From positions 1 through 35,255 of the forward strand of contig JAFGJV010000038.1 in the NCBI GenBank assembly GCA_016928955.1: a DNA stretch of 35,255 nucleotides, in the 5' to 3' direction. The notes below the pieces were generated by a model. It saw nothing but the letters and a program-made list of their open reading frames with translations, ran no database searches and was not told where the DNA came from. Shown in pieces: positions 26,843 through 35,255 of the stretch. The translations under genes were made by a program, and so were the position numbers. Every line of letters begins with the position of its first letter. Positions within the stretch are counted from its first letter, which is position 1. Origin of the DNA: Spirochaetales bacterium (lineage in GTDB: Bacteria > Spirochaetota > Spirochaetia > Treponematales > UBA12059).

Positions 26843-27585
26843 GCCGGCCGCTCCATCCAATACGGCCGGGCCTTGCCATCGGCCAGGGCCCTGGCCAGGA
26901 CCGACAGGTCCACGGAGCCATCAGCCCGCTTCCAGTCCGGACCGGTGTCCAGCCTGAACGGCCGGCGTCCTATATGCTCCGGATAGTGGGCATCGGAACC
27001 CGATATGACCGGGTAGCCGCGGGCCGTTCCCTCCGGCAGGGGGCGAACGGCTTCAATGGCGGCGTACGGCCCGTCCGGGAGAAAACCCAGCTGGGTAAGG
27101 ACGCCGAACATGGGCCTGTCAACGTGGGCCGGTATGACCAGGGCCCCGTGGGCCAGCGCCTGGTCGCACAGCTCCCCATAGGCCAGGTCCAGGGCGCCGC
27201 CCAGCCAGCGCTCTGGCAGATCCACCACGTAGTCGTCGGCGTCGACCACGGCCTGGTCGCCCAGAATTTCCGGGTCATAGGGATAGTCCGGGGTATGGCC
27301 GCCAAGAAAGCGGCCAAAGTCCAGGGCCGCGTCGGGATCGGAGAACAGGCACAGGACATGCACCTCCTCCACGCTGCACGCCTCCATGCCGTACAGGGCG
27401 GAAAGGCCTTCCCTCCGGGCGCACAGCGCGAAGGCCGGCGCGTTGAGCGCGGCGTTGTGGTCGGTCAGGGCGACGATGTCGATACCCTGGCCGGCGGCCG
27501 CTCGGGCCAGGAGCGACGGTGACATGTCCAGGCTGGCGCAGGGCGAGAGGCAGGAATGGTTATGCAGGTCGCAGACGACGCTCAC
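26839..27585 (-). CDS. PHP-domain metal-dependent phosphoesterase
   Basis: DLHNHSCLSPC, LTDHN, AHVDR, SDAH motifs; GTGA overlap with the DRTGG gene. Confidence 0.88.
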   Translation of the reverse strand: MSVVCDLHNHSCLSPCASLDMSPSLLARAAAGQGIDIVALTDHNAALNAPAFALCARREGLSALYGMEACSVEEVHVLCLFSDPDAALDFGRFLGGHTPDYPYDPEILGDQAVVDADDYVVDLPERWLGGALDLAYGELCDQALAHGALVIPAHVDRPMFGVLTQLGFLPDGPYAAIEAVRPLPEGTARGYPVISGSDAHYPEHIGRRPFRLDTGPDWKRADGSVDLSVLARALADGKARPYWMERPA

Positions 27586-27929
27586 CGTCCGCCCGCACCG
27601 CCGCCCATGGCCTGGTAGACGAGGCCCGTGGCGTGGAACTGGTCCAGGTCGGTGGCAAAAACGGCCAGCCCTTCGGCCCGGGCGGCGTCCAGCATGTCCT
27701 CTGGGGCCTTCCGGCCGCCGCACAGCACGATGGCCGCCAGGTTGGCCAGGGACGCCACGGCCACCGTATTCTTGTGGGCCTGTATGGTCAGCAGCACCGA
27801 ACCGGCGCCCGCCTTGGCCATCACGTCGGACAGGAGGTCGGACGTGTAGCCGCCGTCCAGAGGACGGTCCTGGTAGTGGTCCTGGACGGGCTGAAACCCC
27901 AGCTCCGTGCCGAGCTCGCGTATGGTCAT
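27582..27929 (-). CDS. DRTGG-domain protein
   Basis: GYTSDLLSDVMA, LLTIQAHKNTVAVA pattern; AAGGAG SD. Confidence 0.8.
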   Translation of the reverse strand: MTIRELGTELGFQPVQDHYQDRPLDGGYTSDLLSDVMAKAGAGSVLLTIQAHKNTVAVASLANLAAIVLCGGRKAPEDMLDAARAEGLAVFATDLDQFHATGLVYQAMGGGAGGR

Positions 27930-27957
27930 GCGTTTTCTCCTTGCAGCTTAGGCCGTT

Positions 27958-28905
27958 CTACCCGGACGCGCCGGTCTCCGCCGCCCCGCCGCCCAGCAAT
28001 ATGGCGGCCTTCACCGTCGTGCCTGCGCCGGCTGACGATACTATGGAAAACTCGTCGGACGAGCGCCGGGCGTTGGGCAGGCCCAGGCCGGCGCCAAAGC
28101 CGAGCGAGCGTATCCACTCGTTGGCCGTGGAGTAGCCTTCCGTCAAGGCGGCGTCCACGTCCGGTATGCCGGGGCCCTTGTCCACGGCCAGAATGTCCAC
28201 CCGGCCGTCCGCCAGGCGGAACTCCATGACACCGCCGTGCGAGTGGATGACCTGGTTCAGCTCCAGCTCGTAGCTGGCCACGGCGGCGCGGCGCACGGTC
28301 TGGGGGTCGGCTCCCGCCGTCTTCAATGCCTTTTTGAGTTCTGCCGACGCCCGCCCCGCGTTCTCGAAATCGAAGCGCCGCGTGGTGAAACGCAGTATCC
28401 GGGGTCCTGCCGCCGGGTCTGCGGCCGGGCTTACCTTGGCGATCCCCTCCTCCAGACGCTCAACCTCGCGGTTCATCTCCACCAGCAGGGCCCGGATGAT
28501 GTCGGTGGCCGTCACTATGCCGACCAGGCTGCCGTCCCGGTTGAGCACGGGAAAGCGCCGGTAGTGGTAGCGGTTCAGGTAGGTGATGGCAAAGCTGAGC
28601 GGCATGTCGGCTTCCAGCACCGTAAGGCCCGTGGTCATCCTGGAGCCGGCCCGTTCGTCTATGTGGCCGCCGTCCAAGGCCTCTATGATGTCGCCTATGG
28701 TGACGATGCCCGCCAGGCGGCCGCCGTCCATGATGGGCACGCCCGTGATGCCGTGCTCGCGCATGAGCTCTTGGACGTGGCGCAGGCTGTCGAGAGGCGT
28801 CGCCCAACGCACGTCCGCGCTCATGACGTCGGCCACCTTCAGCCGGTAGATCAGGTCAAGGACGACCTTGGGTCCGCCGTCCGTGTCCAGGGGTATGGAA
28901 TCCAT
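27958..28905 (-). CDS. CBS-pair plus RsbT/RsbW-like HATPase (Ser/Thr kinase) fusion
   Basis: Two CBS repeats (VADVM, GVPI..G.LAGIVT.GDI; RFPV..DGSLVGIVT..DI) then YELELNQVIH, DKGPGIPD, EGYST, GFGAGLGLP. Confidence 0.85.
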   Translation of the reverse strand: MDSIPLDTDGGPKVVLDLIYRLKVADVMSADVRWATPLDSLRHVQELMREHGITGVPIMDGGRLAGIVTIGDIIEALDGGHIDERAGSRMTTGLTVLEADMPLSFAITYLNRYHYRRFPVLNRDGSLVGIVTATDIIRALLVEMNREVERLEEGIAKVSPAADPAAGPRILRFTTRRFDFENAGRASAELKKALKTAGADPQTVRRAAVASYELELNQVIHSHGGVMEFRLADGRVDILAVDKGPGIPDVDAALTEGYSTANEWIRSLGFGAGLGLPNARRSSDEFSIVSSAGAGTTVKAAILLGGGAAETGASG

Positions 28906-28913
28906 GGCCGGTC

Positions 28914-31127
28914 TCAGGCGTCCGCCGGACCCAGGCGGACGAGCAGGGCGTCTGCCCGGCTTCGTAGGCGTTCCATGTCCAGCCGGGCCTGCCGCACGAA
29001 CGGCGACGACTCGGGCGTGGACAGGACGGCCCGCATCTCGTCGTCGTCGCGGAACGTGGCCTTGCGGAAGGCGTTGGTATAGTCCTTTCGGCGCGTCAGG
29101 TATATCTGTTCCTCCACAAAGCGCGTGGTTTCCATGAAGTGGGCCGTCTCCCGGGCCAGGTCCCCGGCTTCCAGGCGCTCCGTCCTGCACAGGCCGGCCA
29201 GCGTGGCCCATGCGTGCTGGGCCTTGTCCAGGGGATACTCGGCCCATAGCCGCTCGTACTCGGCGTGCACGTTGTCCCAGCAGGCAAGCTGCCCGGACTT
29301 GACGCGGGATACCAGGGCCTCGACCTTTTCCCGGGGTACCAGCTGGCCGCCAAGGTTTTCCCAGTCCCGCACCCGGGGGCCTTCCAGCACCTCGGCCGCG
29401 TCCTGGAAGCCTAGGTCCGGCCGCTCCTCAAAGTAGTCCAGCAAGGTCCTCACGGCGTACCACCTGAGCATGTGCCGGTAGGCCTTGTACGCCCGGCGCG
29501 GCTTCAGGACGACCACGGCCCGCCGCGAGTTTTCCACACCGGGGGCGCGCACGTCCAGGGCGTCCACATCTTCCTTTGAGCCGGCCAGCAGGGCTCGGCC
29601 TCGCTCGCGCGCCTCGGCAGGCTCCGGGGTTGCGTCGCCCTTGAAGGCGTACCATGCCTCGCCGACCAGGCGCTCCAGCAGGGCCAGCGACCCGAACATC
29701 TCCTCGGCCGTGTCCGGGGCAAAGGGAGAGAACTCCACGCGCTGCACCTTGACCTTGCGTCGGTCGCGCGAGGCGAATTTGTCCTCGTTCCGGATCAGGG
29801 CGTACATGTTGTACATCCACCAGTAGGCCGGCATGAGCTCCAGCCGGTCCCTGGCCGGATCGTCGGCCACCAGGGCAAAGGGAAAGGGCACGTCCAGCTC
29901 AAAGCGGTAGTCGCCCTTGGCCAGGAGGCAGTAGCTGGCAAAGCGGGAACTGTGCTTGACCGAGGTGGACAGCCCCGGCCAGAAGCCGCGGCCCGCGTCT
30001 ATCTCGCCGTCGTTGGAGCGCGAGTTGTGGTTGGAGCCAACCGTGGCGCCGGCGGCCATGTTCGACTGGCCCCGGACCACGGCGGCCACCAGGAAACTGG
30101 TGTTGTGGTGTTGCTCGTGGGCCGGGAATACCAGGTTGTTCAGCATCTCGCAGCACGACACGGTGGAATTGTCGCCCAGCACGGAATGGATGAGCCGGGC
30201 CCCGTACTTGAGCGCCGAGTTGGAGCCCATGACAAAGCGCACGGCCTTGCAGCCGTAGAATATCCGGCAGCCGTATCCCACGATCCCGTTGACCAGCTCC
30301 ACGCCCTCGCCTATCTGCGTGCGCTCGGCGTCGCTGGAGCGTATGGTCAGGTTCTTGAGCTTGTTGGCGCCCTTGATATAGGCGCAGGCGCCGACGCGGA
30401 CGTCTTTGATGATGCGGTTGCTCTTGATCACGCTGTGCGGTCCAATGACGCCGTATTCCCCGCGGCGCGTTTCGAAGCAGGCCTGGGTCATGCCGCGGAA
30501 GCGGTCCATGAGGGCGCCGTCTTCCCGCCGCTTGGCCCACAGCCAGGCGTCCGCGCATATCATGGACTCGAACGGCAGGACCGAGCGGCCGCCGGCCTCG
30601 TTCATCAGGTCCAGCCACACGCGCAGGTCCTCGGTCTCGCCGTCCTTGATGATGCCGTTGCCCCACTTGGCGTGGTTGGTCACGTGGATCTCGTCGTTGT
30701 TGAGGAGGATGCACCCGTCGCCTATCAGGTAGTGGGCTATGTACGCGCATGAGTGGATGGCGCAGTCGTCGCCCACGTCGCAGGACACCAGGCGGGACGA
30801 GGTGATGCCAACCGGTACCACCATGTCGTGGTGCTCGAGCGCGACGCTCGACACGCGGCCGATGCGCACCAGGCCCGCGAACTCGCTGTTCCTCACCAGG
30901 CCGGCGTCAAACCGGTCGCTGACCAGCACCGTGGACCAGTCCGCGGCGCGGTTGCCGTTGCGCTCGAGGGCGGCTATCTCGTCCGCGCCGAGCCTGCGGT
31001 ACTCCGAGTCAGCCTTGCCGGACTCGAGCCTGCGCAGATAGAACTCGTCCTGGCCGTCGGGCAGGAAAGCCGGGGGCACAAAGCCGTAGCCCAGATCAGC
31101 TCTCCCATGGACTTGTATGTCGTTCAT
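28914..31127 (-). CDS. DUF4954-like protein with left-handed beta-helix-like repeats
   Basis: 737 aa; YRRL..EI..LE.NGN start; hexapeptide-like repeats (IGEGVEL.NG.VG, LGDNSTV); family assigned from memory. Confidence 0.75.
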   Translation of the reverse strand: MNDIQVHGRADLGYGFVPPAFLPDGQDEFYLRRLESGKADSEYRRLGADEIAALERNGNRAADWSTVLVSDRFDAGLVRNSEFAGLVRIGRVSSVALEHHDMVVPVGITSSRLVSCDVGDDCAIHSCAYIAHYLIGDGCILLNNDEIHVTNHAKWGNGIIKDGETEDLRVWLDLMNEAGGRSVLPFESMICADAWLWAKRREDGALMDRFRGMTQACFETRRGEYGVIGPHSVIKSNRIIKDVRVGACAYIKGANKLKNLTIRSSDAERTQIGEGVELVNGIVGYGCRIFYGCKAVRFVMGSNSALKYGARLIHSVLGDNSTVSCCEMLNNLVFPAHEQHHNTSFLVAAVVRGQSNMAAGATVGSNHNSRSNDGEIDAGRGFWPGLSTSVKHSSRFASYCLLAKGDYRFELDVPFPFALVADDPARDRLELMPAYWWMYNMYALIRNEDKFASRDRRKVKVQRVEFSPFAPDTAEEMFGSLALLERLVGEAWYAFKGDATPEPAEARERGRALLAGSKEDVDALDVRAPGVENSRRAVVVLKPRRAYKAYRHMLRWYAVRTLLDYFEERPDLGFQDAAEVLEGPRVRDWENLGGQLVPREKVEALVSRVKSGQLACWDNVHAEYERLWAEYPLDKAQHAWATLAGLCRTERLEAGDLARETAHFMETTRFVEEQIYLTRRKDYTNAFRKATFRDDDEMRAVLSTPESSPFVRQARLDMERLRSRADALLVRLGPADA

Positions 31128-31165
31128 GCGCCGCCTGTCCCTTCAGGTTCCGCCCCGGGGGGCGC

Positions 31166-31211
31166 GGAACCGCAACGGTTCCATCCTACACGCAGACGGT
31201 CGGCTTTTCAA
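31166..31211 (-). promoter_or_regulatory. Sigma70 promoter of the six-gene operon with a palindrome over the start site
   Basis: TTGAAA (31211-31206)-17-TAGGAT (31188-31183), followed directly by GGAACCG-N3-CGGTTCC (31166-31182). Confidence 0.55.
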
Positions 31212-31305
31212 CGCTCGGGCGTGGCCAGCGCGGGCCGTGGCCTTCCTGCGGGGAGCCCGTGCGCCATGATTGACAAAGCCGGCGGCTGAATGACATGGTA
31301 GTCCC

Positions 31306-31872
31306 ATGGACGCCGTCTTTGCCGTGGACAGCCAAGAGGACCTGGATACCGAACAGGCCGCCTTCGAGCTCTTTCCCCTCCTCGCGTCCGCCGGCAACGC
31401 CGTGCTCCGGGCGGAGTACGCCATTGCCCTGGCCGACCTCATTGGTAGCCCGGGCGAATTCCACAAATACGTGCGTGGCAACTCAGGCGACCTGGAAACG
31501 CGCAGGACGCGCCTTCTGACGGTATTCAGGGACAATATCCTGCTCCTGGTGGGCAAGACCTGGGTGGACCACCACGACGAAAAGCGCCGGGACGCCGCCA
31601 TCAAGCTGGTGGACGAACTTTGGGACCTGTCGCGCGCCGGACAATGGGCCACCGCCCTGTCCCGTTTCCGCTCCCTGTCCGCGGACCTGGCCTGGCTGCT
31701 GTTCGGCGAATCGCCCCTGGACCGCGGCTTTATGGACTACGTGTTCCGCATCGATCCCAAGCTCGGCATTTTCTACTGGTACGTGGACGCCCTGGGCCAG
31801 CAAGACCAGCCGGAGCCCGATCTTGCCCGGCTGGAATTCCTCATCGGCATATACGCCCTGTCAAGCTTCTGA
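31306..31872 (+). CDS. Hypothetical helical protein
   Basis: 188-aa ORF with host-like codon bias; TTGACA at 31270 upstream. Confidence 0.75.
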   Translation: MDAVFAVDSQEDLDTEQAAFELFPLLASAGNAVLRAEYAIALADLIGSPGEFHKYVRGNSGDLETRRTRLLTVFRDNILLLVGKTWVDHHDEKRRDAAIKLVDELWDLSRAGQWATALSRFRSLSADLAWLLFGESPLDRGFMDYVFRIDPKLGIFYWYVDALGQQDQPEPDLARLEFLIGIYALSSF

Positions 31873-31900
31873 CGCCCGCCCTCATCCCGAGCAGGCTGTT

Positions 31901-32008
31901 GGGAACCTCTAAAAACCCCATGGTTATTAGAGGTTCCCTGCGTTTTCGTCCGAAAACGCAAGGTTTTCTAAGGTAACCCTCTAAAAACTGCAGTTTTTAG
32001 AGGCTCCC
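31901..32008 (-). mobile_element. 108-bp triple-hairpin MITE/REPIN-like element, copy C (inverted)
   Basis: Reverse complement colinear with copy B; flanked by TGTT (31897-31900) and TGTT (32009-32012). Confidence 0.85.
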
Positions 32009-32039
32009 TGTTGAAACGCAGCGAGTTTTCAATACCCTG

Positions 32040-33503
32040 CTAGGCCTCGGACAGCGCCGTGCTGAGGGCGTCGGCCAGCATGGATGCCGGAGGTTCGGGC
32101 AGGGTGGCAAGCACGACCCTGAACAGCTCCCTGGACGCGTGTATGTCCGCGCGGGCCCTGGCGTACGCCTGGTCCCTGCCCAGCGGCACCCTGGCCAGGC
32201 CCTCGGCCACCGCCTGGTCGGCCACCTCGGCGGCCTCCAGCTCGAAGAGTCCGTCGTCGTCCATGGTCGGGAGTATGGATTCCGGCGTGATGCCCTCGGG
32301 CCTGTTCCTGGCAAAGTCGGCCAGGGCGTGGGCGCAACGCAGGGCCATGCTGTCCGATATGGCCTTGGCCCGTACCAGGAGGGCCCCTTTCAGGATACCG
32401 GGAAAACACACTGAATTGTTCACCTGGTTGGGAAAGTCCCCCCTGCCCGTGGCGACTATGTAGGCGCCTTCCTCTTTGGCGGCGTGCGGCCATATCTCGG
32501 GCACCGGGTTGGCGCACGCAAAGACCACGGCCTTTGGCCCCATGGACCGTACCCAGGGCCGCTTGACGGTGTCCGGCCCCGGCGACGACAGGGCTATCAG
32601 GGCGTCCGCCCCCTTGAGCGCGTCTTCCGGCAGCTTGAAGCGTTCCGGATTGGTGGCCAGGGCCAGCTCCCATTGCCGGTAGGCGTCGGGATCGGCCTCA
32701 AGGTCGGCCCTGCCCGCGTGTATGCCGCCTTTGCGGTCAAAAAGGCTGAGCCGCGCGGGGTCCGCCCCGTCGGCCATGAGAAGCCGGGCTATGGTCGTGT
32801 TGGCCGCGCCTGCCCCCAGAAGGACGATGCGGGCGTCGGCCAGGCGCTTGCCAGCCAGGTCCAGGGCGTTCCGGAGCCCTGCCAGGGTAACGCAGGCCGT
32901 GCCCTGGGCGTCGTCATGCCACACCGCTATGCCGGCAGAGTCGCGCAGGGCGTCCAGCACACGGAAGCACTGCGGCTGGCTGATATCCTCCAGGTTGACC
33001 GCCCCGAACGACGGGCTGGCCATCTTGACGAACTGTATCAGGCGCTCGGGATCGGGACGGCCCCTCTCGTCGCGATCGTTTACGCAGAGGGGCACGGCGT
33101 CCACGCCGCCCAGGTATTTCATCAGGAAGGCCTTGCCCTCCATGACGCCAAGCCCACCGGGCGGGGTAACGTCGCCGTCGCCCAGGACCCTGGTGGAGTC
33201 GCTGACCACGGCCACCGTGTTGCCCCTTCCGGACAGCTCGAAGGACGCGTCGTTGTGGTCGCGTATGGCCGTGGACACGGAGGACACGCCGGGCGTGTAC
33301 CAGGCGTTCAGCCAGGCGGGGCCGTACAGCCCGCAGCGGGGAGCGGTCTGTATCTTGCCCCCGTAAAAGCGGTGGGCGGCCTCGGACAGGACGCGGTAAA
33401 AGCGCGTCTGGACGCGGGCGCGTCGGTCGGGATCGGGTTGCAGGCGCTCCAGAACGGCGCTCAAGTTCCCCAGGTCCAGGTCGATACTTTCGTTATGGGG
33501 CAT
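32040..33503 (-). CDS. Malic enzyme (NAD(P)-dependent)
   Basis: YTPGV, VMEGKA, NLEDI, HDDAQGTA, GAGAA, FACANPVPEI, TGRGDFPNQVNN.VCFPG; GGAGG SD before ATG 33503. Confidence 0.92.
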   Translation of the reverse strand: MPHNESIDLDLGNLSAVLERLQPDPDRRARVQTRFYRVLSEAAHRFYGGKIQTAPRCGLYGPAWLNAWYTPGVSSVSTAIRDHNDASFELSGRGNTVAVVSDSTRVLGDGDVTPPGGLGVMEGKAFLMKYLGGVDAVPLCVNDRDERGRPDPERLIQFVKMASPSFGAVNLEDISQPQCFRVLDALRDSAGIAVWHDDAQGTACVTLAGLRNALDLAGKRLADARIVLLGAGAANTTIARLLMADGADPARLSLFDRKGGIHAGRADLEADPDAYRQWELALATNPERFKLPEDALKGADALIALSSPGPDTVKRPWVRSMGPKAVVFACANPVPEIWPHAAKEEGAYIVATGRGDFPNQVNNSVCFPGILKGALLVRAKAISDSMALRCAHALADFARNRPEGITPESILPTMDDDGLFELEAAEVADQAVAEGLARVPLGRDQAYARARADIHASRELFRVVLATLPEPPASMLADALSTALSEA

Positions 33504-33561
33504 TGCGTCCTCCGCGCCACAGTATATGCTGTAAGGCGGCTGGAATAGAAGCGGGAGAGGT

Positions 33562-35067
33562 ATGGACCTGTACTCCATGCGCGACATGCGCCAGGGTATG
33601 CTCAAGCTGGACACGGCCGGAACGGGCCAGCGGGTGGACGCCACGGTGGTCCTGCTCGGGGGCACGGGCGACCTAGCCACGCGCCGTGTGGCGCCGGCCC
33701 TGTGGAAACTGTGGCTCGGCGGCCAACTCGGCAGGCGGTTCAGGCTGGTGGGCATGGCCAGGCGGGAGCTGGACGACCAGGGCTACCGGGCCCTGCTGGA
33801 CGCGGCCATCCGCGCCTCCCTGCCGGCTGGCATGCCAGGCGACCCCGCGCGCGACGGCTTCCTGGACCGCGTATCCTACCTCCGGGGCGACGTGTCCGAC
33901 CCCGCTCCCTACGCCGCCCTGGCCCGCCTTCTTGCCGACCCTTCCGAAAACGCGCTGTTCTACCTGGCCTGCACGCCGGACCGTTTTGGCGACGCCGCCA
34001 GCCGCATAGCGGAAGCCGGTCTGGCCGGCACAAACTCGGGTACCGCCGGCTGGAGGCGCCTGGCCGTGGAAAAGCCCTTTGGCACCGACCTGCCCAGCGC
34101 CCGCGCGCTGAACCAGCTCCTTCACGAGCGCTACGACGAGGACGATATCCTGCGCGTGGACCACTACCTGGGCAAGGAAGCCGTCCAGAACATCCTATAT
34201 TTCCGCTTCTACAACGCCATCTTTGAGCCCCTGTGGAACCGCAAGCATATAGAACGGGTGGAAATATCCGCTACCGAGACAGGCGGCATAGGGGACCGCG
34301 GCGGCTACTACGACGACTCGGGCGCGGCCAGGGACATGCTCCAGAACCACCTCATGCAGCTGTTCTGCCTGGTGGCCATGGAACCGCCGGGCGATTTCTC
34401 CCCGGAGGCGGTGCGCGACGCCAAGGTTCGCCTCCTACGGTCGGTACCCCACGCCGGTCCCCTGGAAGCGCCGCTGGACTGCGTACGCGGGCAGTACGCC
34501 CAGGGCACTGACGGACCTGCCTACCTGGACGAACAGCGGGTCAGGCCGGGTTCCACCACGGAGACCTTTGTGGCCGCCCGGCTCACGGTGGACAACTGGC
34601 GCTGGAAGGGCGTGCCCTTCATCCTGAAAACCGGCAAGGCCCTGGCCGAGCGCGCCTGCCACATTGTCGTCCATTTCCGCAAGGACGATGATACCGCCTC
34701 GGAGGCCAACCGCCTCCTCCTGTCCATCCAGCCGGACCAGCGCGTCGTGCTGACCATCAACGCCAAGACCTCAGGCGGCGACTCCAGCGAACGCGAGGAG
34801 CTGGTGGGAGCCCTGCGCGACACGGCCGGCGCCTACCCTGACGCCTACGAGCGCATCCTGGGCGACGCTCTGCGCGGCTACTCGCAGCTGTTCATACGCT
34901 TTGACGAGGCCGAAGAGGCTTGGCGCCTGGTGCAACCCTTCCTTGAGTACTGGAAACGCCATCCCTCCAGCGGACTTGCCCTCTACCCGGCCGGCGGCAA
35001 CGGCCCGGACCTGGGCGCTCTGTACCGCCCAGACGCCGGCCAGGACAAGGCGGCCCGCGGAGCCTGA
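33562..35067 (+). CDS. zwf: Glucose-6-phosphate 1-dehydrogenase
   Basis: GGTGDLA, EKPFG, RVDHYLGKE, RDMLQNHLMQ, WRWKGVPF..KTGK. Confidence 0.96.
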   Translation: MDLYSMRDMRQGMLKLDTAGTGQRVDATVVLLGGTGDLATRRVAPALWKLWLGGQLGRRFRLVGMARRELDDQGYRALLDAAIRASLPAGMPGDPARDGFLDRVSYLRGDVSDPAPYAALARLLADPSENALFYLACTPDRFGDAASRIAEAGLAGTNSGTAGWRRLAVEKPFGTDLPSARALNQLLHERYDEDDILRVDHYLGKEAVQNILYFRFYNAIFEPLWNRKHIERVEISATETGGIGDRGGYYDDSGAARDMLQNHLMQLFCLVAMEPPGDFSPEAVRDAKVRLLRSVPHAGPLEAPLDCVRGQYAQGTDGPAYLDEQRVRPGSTTETFVAARLTVDNWRWKGVPFILKTGKALAERACHIVVHFRKDDDTASEANRLLLSIQPDQRVVLTINAKTSGGDSSEREELVGALRDTAGAYPDAYERILGDALRGYSQLFIRFDEAEEAWRLVQPFLEYWKRHPSSGLALYPAGGNGPDLGALYRPDAGQDKAARGA

Positions 35068-35123
35068 GCTCCCGCCTTGTGTGCCAAAGCCTTGATGTCA
35101 AACATGCTGAGCCAATTTCAAAA

Positions 35124-35172
35124 AGGAGCCTCTAAAGCTGCAGGTTATAGAGGTTTACCTTAGAAACCTTGC
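35124..35172 (+). mobile_element. Truncated, degenerate copy of the 108-bp element (left half only)
   Basis: AGGAGCCTCTAAAGCTGCAGGTTATAGAGGTTTACCTTAGAAACCTTGC aligns to the first ~50 nt of copies B and C, then diverges. Confidence 0.7.
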
Positions 35173-35255
35173 TTACTGCCGCGAACCTTATTGGTCGCTC
35201 TGGGAGCTAGGGCTTCGTCCGACCTCAGGCAAGGGCGAACCTCGGCGTATACGCC

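Noticed and set aside
12311..32008. Repeats as a CRISPR array
   Set aside because: Copies are dispersed over 20 kb with no repeat-spacer periodicity and no cas genes
4443..35101. Numerous long overlapping or antisense ORFs in the track (e.g. 6945-7985, 22914-24092, 24122-25339, 32484-33548)
   Set aside because: Shadow frames of recognised genes, expected at high GC; no motifs or initiation signals

Overview
High-GC bacterial chromosomal segment, probably from a spirochaete (inferred from the S21 sequence, the def-fmt-PASTA gene order and DUF4954). Bases 1-~4480 are a visibly lower-GC island encoding a lipoprotein, an ABC exporter pair and a membrane-anchored protein interrupted by an in-frame amber codon. 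The rest holds housekeeping genes (def, fmt, rpsU, serA, serC, alr, zwf, malic enzyme), an ECF sigma factor with a CBM48-bearing candidate anti-sigma, and a tightly coupled six-gene minus-strand operon: DUF4954, CBS-HATPase, DRTGG, PHP, hybrid histidine kinase, sigma54 activator. The strongest unexplained signal lies just downstream of that operon: tandem TGT-N10-ACA enhancer-like sites, a sigma54 -24/-12 promoter, and a ~120-nt transcript with repeated GUAA motifs ending at a strong terminator. This is a candidate two-component/sigma54-driven small RNA, arranged like CbrAB-CrcZ. Also notable: rpsU has no canonical start codon (ATC behind a 9-nt SD), and a 108-bp triple-hairpin MITE-like element occurs as three full copies (two with 4-bp target duplications) plus two remnants. 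No tRNA, rRNA or CRISPR array was seen. All calls come from reading the sequence by eye; no searches were run.
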